This document shows, piece by piece, positions 1 to 6,926 of a DNA stretch of 17,688 nt (position 1 is its first letter; the number at the start of each line of letters is the position of its first letter). The stretch lies in NCBI GenBank assembly GCA_030638685.1, contig DAOWED010000075.1, positions 1-17,688 of the forward strand. Direction: 5' to 3'. The notes beneath the pieces were generated by a model. It did no database searches and was not told the DNA's origin. It was given only the letters and a program-made list of their open reading frames with translations. This DNA comes from Candidatus Heimdallarchaeota archaeon. Lineage in GTDB: Archaea > Asgardarchaeota > Heimdallarchaeia > Heimdallarchaeales > DAOWED01. A program made the translations under genes and the position numbers.

Positions 1-29
1 AGAAAAAGAAAAAAGGTTTAATTAAAAAG

Positions 30-710
30 TTGGTTTCAAAATTCAAGAAAGATTCAACACCAGATGACATGAAATTAGTAAAAGGAACAATTGGAGACTT
101 AGGAGAAGTAGTTGTCGTGATGTCAGATATTCTTGAAAGCTTCGATGTTGAGTATGAGAATGAAGTTGAAAATAAAAGAAATGCTGTCGATAAAGTATGG
201 GTAAAACTACCTAAGTTTATGCAAAGCAGACATCTTAAAGAACAAACAAGAGAAAGGGAAAGAATTAGTAAAGGGAAGAAACAATTAACCACCGTTAAAT
301 CATCATTAAGTAATATGATGACGGTGATTGAGCAATCACCAGATAATTTTGAAAAAGTAGCAGAAACATATGTTGAAGTTGTTTCACCTGCAGGAATAAC
401 TGATGAGAAGGCAGAGGAAATCGAAGAAAAGATAAATGCAATGCAGCTTGAATTTGTTCAATATATGGAAGAAATGCAGAAACAGTTACTTCTACTAAGA
501 ACAACAATGGATCATATGGCTCAAGATTTAGGAGAACATGGAGTTAAAATAGATCATATTACTGAAAAAGTAGAAGAAGTATCAACTAAGCTAGATTCTG
601 TCCAAGAAAAACTTAAGGAGATAAGTAGAAAACTTACAAAAAACAGACTTTTGATGTTTGCATTAGCAACAGGAGTAACTATAGTACTACTCAAAGCAAT
701 ACTGCCATAA
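30..710 (+). CDS. Coiled-coil tail-anchored membrane protein, SNARE-like; may be 5'-truncated because the frame stays open to the window edge
   Basis: Frame of 226 aa from a TTG. C-terminus is LRTTMDHMAQDLGEHGVKIDHITEKVEEVSTKLDSVQEKLKEISRKLTKNR followed by the hydrophobic segment LLMFALATGVTIVLLKAILP and stop. The heptad segment resembles a t-SNARE motif by eye. Confidence 0.75.
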   Translation: MVSKFKKDSTPDDMKLVKGTIGDLGEVVVVMSDILESFDVEYENEVENKRNAVDKVWVKLPKFMQSRHLKEQTRERERISKGKKQLTTVKSSLSNMMTVIEQSPDNFEKVAETYVEVVSPAGITDEKAEEIEEKINAMQLEFVQYMEEMQKQLLLLRTTMDHMAQDLGEHGVKIDHITEKVEEVSTKLDSVQEKLKEISRKLTKNRLLMFALATGVTIVLLKAILP

Positions 711-738
711 ACAAATCACAAACAGAAACTGATGTACA

Positions 739-2118
739 TTATTCAAAATCAACATGTTCTTTGTTGGCATGAGAAAAATCAATCGAGAGAAAATCAGACC
801 ATTGAGGAGTAGAATAAGTTTTTTTCTGTTTAGCCAGATCATATCTTGAGAAAGGCATTGTAAGATGTCTATGTGCTCCAATGGGAGGTAAATATCTTCC
901 TTTTTCAAGCGATCTAGATTCAAAAACGGGAACTTTGGTTGCAGAGGGATCTTTAATTTTACACTTTTTACACTTGTAACCGGCATTAACACCATCACTT
1001 TCCATTCTTTTATTACAGGAGGGACAAGGTGGATTAACCAATCGAGAAAAGGGTGCAACTTCAATAACATCTAATCGTTCAATATTAAAAGTGGGTAATT
1101 CACTAGGGGAAACACCTCTAATACTTCCACCTACAATTAATCGGTCATCAGGTCGAAGTTCTTTGACGGTAGATCGAAATGATTTAGAAGGTTCATAAGC
1201 CAATGCATGAAATTGAGAACCATCACTTGATCGTTCTAAAGTAAGAATAGTGTGACCTCCAGCAATAATATCGGGTTCATTAACAACTTTTGCTTCAATT
1301 AAACTCACTTCGTAAGGCTCAAGTGAGGGGAAAGCATTCACTAAATGTTCATCGGTTCCTTGATTAGTTCTAAAAACACACCAACCTTCAATTTTTTCCA
1401 GTTGTTTAATCACAGAATTGGCTGAAATAAGGAGATTAGCAGACTCTCCTCTGATTCCGTAAAGAACAGGATCGGGTCCATTTGGTACGGAAGCAATTCG
1501 ACCAGTATCAGAATCATATGAAGAAAAGGTTTGAAAAGAAGAATCATCGAGTCTAATAAAAGATTCACGGTCAATTCTTCGCTTAGTACCTCTATTATTA
1601 GCGATCCGGTACGCCAATAATTCATAAGTAAAGTCATTTTTTAGCTCATTGCCAATAGCTGCTAATGAGCCGATAAGACCTTGACCGGTTCCCTTGAAAG
1701 AATAGTAAACAGAGGGGTGATCAAGAAGAGAAATAGTTTCATCAATCGTTAAAACCTTAATTAACGCCCGTTGAGCAAAAGAAGATAACTCAGAGCCTAA
1801 TTCACCAACCAAAAGAATAAAACCGGGGTTAGTCATTTCATGATCAGCAGTGCGATTGAAAAGCCAAGTACTGAGTTCGTTATGAATTTTTTCAAAATTA
1901 AGAGAGGAGGGGACCAAAAAAGTTAGAGCCACACTTCCATTACCTCGCGTCTTAAAAGGAACATTAGGGTTGTTTCGGATCAAGCGGGGGAAATCGAGGG
2001 GCTTCCAGCCCTTTTCTTTGAGAATAGAGAGAAGTGAAAAAGCAAGATGAGTTGTACAGTTACCAAGAGGACTATCAGTGTCATCAAAACCAAGAGTAAC
2101 TTTCACAAACTGAGACAA
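739..2118 (-). CDS. tiaS: tRNA(Ile2) 2-agmatinylcytidine synthetase TiaS
   Basis: N-terminal VTLGFDDTDSPLGNCTTHLAF and internal SFKGTGQGLIGSLAAIG, followed by an OB-fold-like region and a zinc ribbon (CPSCNKRMESDGVNAGYKCKKCK). TTG start preceded by GGTGGT. Confidence 0.93.
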   Translation of the reverse strand: MSQFVKVTLGFDDTDSPLGNCTTHLAFSLLSILKEKGWKPLDFPRLIRNNPNVPFKTRGNGSVALTFLVPSSLNFEKIHNELSTWLFNRTADHEMTNPGFILLVGELGSELSSFAQRALIKVLTIDETISLLDHPSVYYSFKGTGQGLIGSLAAIGNELKNDFTYELLAYRIANNRGTKRRIDRESFIRLDDSSFQTFSSYDSDTGRIASVPNGPDPVLYGIRGESANLLISANSVIKQLEKIEGWCVFRTNQGTDEHLVNAFPSLEPYEVSLIEAKVVNEPDIIAGGHTILTLERSSDGSQFHALAYEPSKSFRSTVKELRPDDRLIVGGSIRGVSPSELPTFNIERLDVIEVAPFSRLVNPPCPSCNKRMESDGVNAGYKCKKCKIKDPSATKVPVFESRSLEKGRYLPPIGAHRHLTMPFSRYDLAKQKKTYSTPQWSDFLSIDFSHANKEHVDFE

Positions 2119-2230
2119 AGTACAACCACCATTACTTAGTAAAATATAGAACTGTTATATTAAAAAAAACTGGCTTTGTCTACTTTTGGAAGCAGAAAAG
2201 CTAGATACTGCGAGAAAAAAGGGACTAAAT

Positions 2231-2389
2231 CTATTCCTGTTCTTCCCCTTCAATCCACTCATGAGTGCAAGCACGACAAATGTACTTTTTACGATAAATA
2301 GGTTTGTGGTTGAAATAGCCAACCGGTTTACTCTTATCCTCTACAGTCTTAACATTTGTTTTACCACAATTTCTGCAAGTTATAGCCAA
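2231..2389 (-). CDS. Small zinc-ribbon protein (52 aa), not in the supplied ORF track
   Basis: Reverse-strand translation MAITCRNCGKTNVKTVEDKSKPVGYFNHKPIYRKKYICRACTHEWIEGEEQE from TTG. GGTGAT lies 5 nt upstream. CxxC...CxxC zinc ribbon. Confidence 0.75.
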   Translation of the reverse strand: MAITCRNCGKTNVKTVEDKSKPVGYFNHKPIYRKKYICRACTHEWIEGEEQE

Positions 2390-2550
2390 TTTATATCACC
2401 TTTTTATTATCTTAGTATCGAAAGCTATCGATAGCTATATCACAGAAAGTTAGATAATAAGCCTTTTGCTAAAACATAATCAAAACTATTCCATTATTCT
2501 TTTTTTTATACTTAGTTTTTTTCTTTGCTTTACTAGTTTATTCACTAATA

Positions 2551-3171
2551 TTACTCATTAATTTCATTCCCACAATTATAACAAAATTTTTGCTCACTGG
2601 CCATCTGCTCTATTCCACAATTTGGACACGTATCAGTTGCTTCTAGCTTTTTTTCTTTCGGTGGAGCTATTGTTTCTTTTACGGTTTGAGCTCTTTTAAA
2701 TGGAGATCTGCACGAATAACAAAATTTAGCTATTTCCGGATTCATGGCCTTACACTCTAGGCACTGTTTTGTCGCTCTTGATATGTGTTGCACTGGAACT
2801 GGACTTGTTGTTTTTTCTTGCTCGCGTCCTCTATAAGCGCCACTTTTGTCTTCGGGGATCTCTTTCCCTAACAGCTTCATAAACCAATCATAGCCTGATG
2901 GCCACAATCGATATGAATAATAAAGGGAAACAACTACAAAAACAACTTGCAAAAGATAACCAAAAATTAACACGCTTGGATCTCCTCCTGAGTTTTCAGC
3001 TTGGATTCTCCATGGAAGCAAAACTACTACGAAATAACTGAAGAGTGAATAAACTGCAAAAATGAAAAGAACAATTCCGGTTGTTTTGCGCTCAAAGATT
3101 GAAGATCCACAATTAATACAACGGTAACTGTTGGGAGTATTAGTTGTTCTACAGTTGCGACATTTTTTCAT
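2551..3171 (-). CDS. Membrane protein with three zinc ribbons and two predicted transmembrane helices
   Basis: CRNC-x9-CINC, then hydrophobic segments TGIVLFIFAVYSLFSYFVVVLL and VLIFGYLLQVVFVVVSLYYSY, then CLEC...CYSC and CPNC...CYNC ribbons. Confidence 0.8.
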   Translation of the reverse strand: MKKCRNCRTTNTPNSYRCINCGSSIFERKTTGIVLFIFAVYSLFSYFVVVLLPWRIQAENSGGDPSVLIFGYLLQVVFVVVSLYYSYRLWPSGYDWFMKLLGKEIPEDKSGAYRGREQEKTTSPVPVQHISRATKQCLECKAMNPEIAKFCYSCRSPFKRAQTVKETIAPPKEKKLEATDTCPNCGIEQMASEQKFCYNCGNEINE

Positions 3172-3243
3172 TAAGCTAATGATTACTTGAGCATTTAAAA
3201 CAAATACGATTTAAAAGAAAGGAGGGGGGGAAAAACGTTGATT

Positions 3244-3966
3244 CTACTTACCAAACAATCTTGAAAAGCGTTTCTTGACTGCTTGACGCTTCAGATAAGC
3301 AATTGCTTCTGTAGGATTAAGTTCTTTTGGACAAGCTTCACCGCAATTAAACGCCGTGTGACATCGCCATACACCATGATTACCATTGATTAACCCTATT
3401 CTTTCATCGGTCATTGCATCACGGCTATCTCTTACAAACCTAAAAGCCTTCAGAAGAGCTGCTGGTCCGAGATATTCTGGATCAGTCCATACTGTTACAC
3501 ACGAAGAGTAACATGAACCACACAAGATACAATCAATTGAGTTGCCCATTAGTTCTTTTTCCTCAGAAGACTGGATCACTTCTTTTTCCAGCGATTTCTT
3601 CAGGATTACAAAAGGATTCACTGCTCTGATCTTTGAAAAGAATGGCTCCATGTCTATTACTAGGTCTTTTATTATTGGATAGAAAGGTAGAGGTTCTATT
3701 TTTATTGTACCAGTGTAGAAGGATATCTGTTCTTGACAAGCTAGTACATATTTCCCATTAACGTATGCTGCATCAGATCCACATATACCGGCTCTGCATG
3801 CAAATCTAAAGGCTAAACTTCCATCCAAGTTTTCCATGATGTCGAATAATCCTTCAAGAAGAGTTTTACCCTTTTTACGATCCACTTTAAAGTCTTCCCA
3901 GTAGGAACCTTGTTCAGCGTTTTCGGGGTCAAATCTTTTAATTCTAAAAATTACTTGTTCACTCAT
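3244..3966 (-). CDS. sdhB: Succinate dehydrogenase/fumarate reductase iron-sulfur subunit (start likely internal to the tracked 3244..4005 ORF)
   Basis: [2Fe-2S] motif FRFACRAGICGSDAAYVNGKYVLAC, then CILCGSCYSSC and CHTAFNCGEACPKELNP. GGAGTGAT Shine-Dalgarno directly precedes ATG ATG AGT GAA, overlapping the sdhA stop. Confidence 0.93.
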   Translation of the reverse strand: MSEQVIFRIKRFDPENAEQGSYWEDFKVDRKKGKTLLEGLFDIMENLDGSLAFRFACRAGICGSDAAYVNGKYVLACQEQISFYTGTIKIEPLPFYPIIKDLVIDMEPFFSKIRAVNPFVILKKSLEKEVIQSSEEKELMGNSIDCILCGSCYSSCVTVWTDPEYLGPAALLKAFRFVRDSRDAMTDERIGLINGNHGVWRCHTAFNCGEACPKELNPTEAIAYLKRQAVKKRFSRLFGK

Positions 3967-3977
3967 CATTATCACTC

Positions 3978-5699
3978 CTAGTATTTTCTCTCCTCTGGTT
4001 CCCAAATTGAGAGGTCCACCTTTGAATATGATATTTTGCAGGTATCATTCTTGACATCGTAATGAGCCATGGTATGTTTCATGAACTTTTTGTCATTTCT
4101 TTTCATGAAGTCAGTTCTGCAATGTGAGCCTCTAAATTCTTCACGTTTGAGTGCTCCTTCAACGATGACTTCTGCTAAATGTAGTTGTCCACCAAGCATA
4201 TACAATCTGGCTAATTCCCAGTTATAGATTCTACCAGTATACTTGACCTTAATTTTCTTGTAGCGTTCCTTAAGGTCCTTAATAGTTTCTTGTGCTTTTG
4301 TTATGCCTTCCTTATTACGGAAAACACCTAGGTTCTTACTCAATACTTTTTGCATTTCAGCCATGAGTTTAAAGCCATCTTCTGACCCTTCACCATTGAA
4401 GAGATTTTGAATATTTGCTTCAACTTCATCTGCTTCTTTTTGGAGTACTTCTAATGCGTCATCATCCACTTTATTTGCTTCTACAAACTCAGAAGTTGAA
4501 ACACCTGAGATTTTACCAAAAACACAGCATTCGAGTAAACTGTTTCCTCCTAGACGATTAGCTCCATGAACAGAAATACAACTGCATTCACCTGCGGCAT
4601 ACAACCCCGTCATTTCAGATTCAGTCTTATCATTAACTGAAATTCCACCCATTGTATAGTGAGTAGAGGGTCTAATAGGTGCGGGTTCCTCTATCAAATC
4701 TGTTCCAGCAAAACGAATTGCAAGTTCTCTAACTTGAGGTAAGCGGCTTAGAATTTGTTCAGCAGGAAGATGAGTTAAGTCCAGTTCAACATAATCACCA
4801 TCGGGTCCACATCCTCTTCCTTCATTTATTTCAGTCTGGATTGATCGTGCAACAATATCTCGAGGAGCTAGTTCCATTTTATCAGCGGCATAATTTTTCA
4901 TGAAACGCTCTCCATCCTTGTTTCTTAGATAGCCACCTTCTCCTCTTGCTGCTTCTGAAAGAAGAACAGCATTTGTTGCCAAACCAGTTGGATGAAATTG
5001 TACAAATTCCATATCTTTCAGAGGTACACCTTTGAAGTAGGGCAATACAAAACCAAATCCACTATTATGCCAAGAATTAGTAGTGTCCTTGAACACTCTT
5101 CCGGCTCCTCCAACTGCAAAAATAACTGCAGATGCTTGGAAAATTTCTAACTTTCCAGTAATGAGATTTATTGCTACTACTCCTTTGATTTTATTCTCTT
5201 TTTCACCAATTGAAAGAACTATTCGGTCTTCATACATAGGAACTTCGTGGTATAAACATTGTTCATACAACCCCATCATTATTACAGCACCTGTTTTATC
5301 GGTTGAATAACAAGTTCGAGGATATCCTGCTCCACCAAAAGGTCTTTGAGCTATTTTTCCATCCTCTGTTCTTGAAAAGGGTATTCCCAGTTTATCAAGC
5401 TCAAGTATCCTTGGGATAGCTTGTTCTGTCATTGCCAGAACAGCTTTTTGATCAGCAAGATAATCAGATCCTTTTGTAGTATCAAATCCGTGTCTTTCAG
5501 CAGAATCATCTTCTGCTACATTAGCTAAAGCAGCATTGATTCCGCCTTGTGCAGCAGAACTATGAGAACGATATGCTTGAGTAATTGAAACGGTTGCTAC
5601 ATCTTTTCCTCTTTGAGCCGCTTCTACTGCGGCGGAAAGACCAGCCAGACCTGTTCCAACTATCAAAATATCATGTTTAAAGATTTCAACATCAGCCAT
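3978..5699 (-). CDS. sdhA: Succinate dehydrogenase/fumarate reductase flavoprotein subunit
   Basis: FAD-binding DILIVGTGLAGLSAAVEAA, covalent-FAD motif SHSSAAQGGINAAL, VQFHPTGL, HYTMGGI, and CISVHGANRLGGNSLLECCVFGK. Confidence 0.96.
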   Translation of the reverse strand: MADVEIFKHDILIVGTGLAGLSAAVEAAQRGKDVATVSITQAYRSHSSAAQGGINAALANVAEDDSAERHGFDTTKGSDYLADQKAVLAMTEQAIPRILELDKLGIPFSRTEDGKIAQRPFGGAGYPRTCYSTDKTGAVIMMGLYEQCLYHEVPMYEDRIVLSIGEKENKIKGVVAINLITGKLEIFQASAVIFAVGGAGRVFKDTTNSWHNSGFGFVLPYFKGVPLKDMEFVQFHPTGLATNAVLLSEAARGEGGYLRNKDGERFMKNYAADKMELAPRDIVARSIQTEINEGRGCGPDGDYVELDLTHLPAEQILSRLPQVRELAIRFAGTDLIEEPAPIRPSTHYTMGGISVNDKTESEMTGLYAAGECSCISVHGANRLGGNSLLECCVFGKISGVSTSEFVEANKVDDDALEVLQKEADEVEANIQNLFNGEGSEDGFKLMAEMQKVLSKNLGVFRNKEGITKAQETIKDLKERYKKIKVKYTGRIYNWELARLYMLGGQLHLAEVIVEGALKREEFRGSHCRTDFMKRNDKKFMKHTMAHYDVKNDTCKISYSKVDLSIWEPEERKY

Positions 5700-5940
5700 T
5701 TACCATCATCTATAAAATGTATTAATTATTCCGTTTAGTGCCATCAATTATGTTTTTTAAACTCTACGCTAGTAATCAAATGTTTGAATTTTGCATTTAT
5801 TAATAATTTAATGGCAAATTGGTGAATTATATAACTAGCATTGTTCAAAATGTCCTTTTAATAAAAAAATTACTCTTTGCAATAATATTATAAAACGAGT
5901 AAATGTAGTATATTTAAGAATAGAATTTTGGTGAGAAAAA

Positions 5941-6384
5941 ATAACTAATACATGGAAAATAACCTTTGAAGCAACAAGTCCAGTACCTGATGATGATTTA
6001 ATCTTAGAGTTCGTTGATGCTAGCGATCTTATAGGAGAACCAGTATTAAATGAGACTTTTATAGATCACATTGTTCAAAACGCAAAAATACATGATTCTT
6101 ATTCCATTTTTAGAAATGTAAAAGCTATTAAATCTGATACTGGAGAAGATCTAACTGGTCGAGCAATATGGGCCCTTCTTGGTATAACTAGTGAATCTGA
6201 AGAAAAAATAGGCTTTTTACTTGGAAGTTTACAAAAAGGTGGATATCATGTCATCGGTTTTTGGCCCAAAGAGTTTGCTGCCAAAATTGATAATGATGAA
6301 ACTATTTGGAGAGATAAAATTCAACAGTTTGGTGCCGACCCAAGTTTTTGGCGTCAAGTCGATCTCATAATCGGTTATGAGTAG
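5941..6384 (+). CDS. Uncharacterised ~147-aa protein lacking a canonical start codon (ATA start or +1 frameshift candidate)
   Basis: Open frame ITNTWKITFEATSPVPDDDLILEFVDASDLIGEPVLNETFIDHIVQNAKIHDSYSIFRNVKAIKSDTGEDLTGRAIWALLGITSESEEKIGFLLGSLQKGGYHVIGFWPKEFAAKIDNDETIWRDKIQQFGADPSFWRQVDLIIGYE*. It contains no in-frame ATG/GTG/TTG. GGTGAG (5930-5935) is 5 nt before ATA (5941). Composition looks protein-like. Confidence 0.6.
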   Translation: MTNTWKITFEATSPVPDDDLILEFVDASDLIGEPVLNETFIDHIVQNAKIHDSYSIFRNVKAIKSDTGEDLTGRAIWALLGITSESEEKIGFLLGSLQKGGYHVIGFWPKEFAAKIDNDETIWRDKIQQFGADPSFWRQVDLIIGYE

Positions 6385-6391
6385 GAAGTTG

Positions 6392-6412
6392 AAGGCGCCT
6401 CCAGCCTTTTTT
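6392..6412 (+). terminator. Possible weak hairpin followed by a T-run after the 5941..6384 frame
   Basis: AAGGC-(GCCTCCA)-GCCTT followed by a T tract, in the intergenic gap between convergent frames. The stem is only 5 bp. Confidence 0.3.
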
Positions 6413-6422
6413 ACAAAAAAGA

Positions 6423-6926
6423 TCAATCTATATTTAATTCAAACACGTGATCAGCTAAACCTTTGATAGCAACTGAAAAACCGGGATCAAAACCGGCTAC
6501 AGCAACCTCTTTCCCTTTTTCCTTAAGTTTCATTATAATTGGTGAAATACGTGCATCTCTAGAACAGATTAAGGTTAAATCGGTTGTTCCTTTATGATAT
6601 TGCTCCAAAGCATGAATCCCCATAGTTAGAGAAAGATCCCCGTGTGAAACAATTGGAGTATAACCAGAGTTAACTACTGCATCCATTAAACCATTGGAAG
6701 CTTTCTGATCAAGGAAGACTTTCTTTTCAACGATGGCACCTAAGAAGTTGGCAACCTCATTAATATCCTCAAGTTTAACTCGATGTCCTTTTACTGTGCG
6801 TAATATATTAGGTCCATCTACAAAGATAACTATTTTTTTTTCTCTTTTAAATAGAGATTTTAGAGTAGTCCACCTGCTAGATAACGTAGGTGATTGATCG
6901 TCTTTTTCTAAATTCATTTTAATCAC
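6423..6926 (-). CDS. NYN-domain (LabA/DUF88-like, PIN-fold) putative ribonuclease; start possibly ATG at 6917
   Basis: KIVIFVDGPNILR (catalytic Asp near strand 1), VVNSGYTPIVSHGDLSLTMGIHALEQYHKGTTDLTLICSRDARISPIIMKLKEKGKEVAVAG. This is the typical NYN D/D/D layout. Confidence 0.85.
   Translation of the reverse strand: MIKMNLEKDDQSPTLSSRWTTLKSLFKREKKIVIFVDGPNILRTVKGHRVKLEDINEVANFLGAIVEKKVFLDQKASNGLMDAVVNSGYTPIVSHGDLSLTMGIHALEQYHKGTTDLTLICSRDARISPIIMKLKEKGKEVAVAGFDPGFSVAIKGLADHVFELNID

Noticed and set aside
687-1070. 127-aa plus-strand ORF over the 3' part of tiaS
   Set aside because: Overlaps the confidently identified TiaS zinc-ribbon coding region. The translation is low-complexity and hydrophobic without a recognisable domain.
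2186-2434. Plus-strand 82-aa ORF in the track
   Set aside because: It is the codon-register antisense of a better minus-strand zinc-ribbon gene with a Shine-Dalgarno and paired cysteines.
6229-6426. Minus-strand 65-aa ORF
   Set aside because: Antisense to the non-canonical-start frame 5941..6384. No Shine-Dalgarno or domain features seen, and its translation mirrors the antisense codons.
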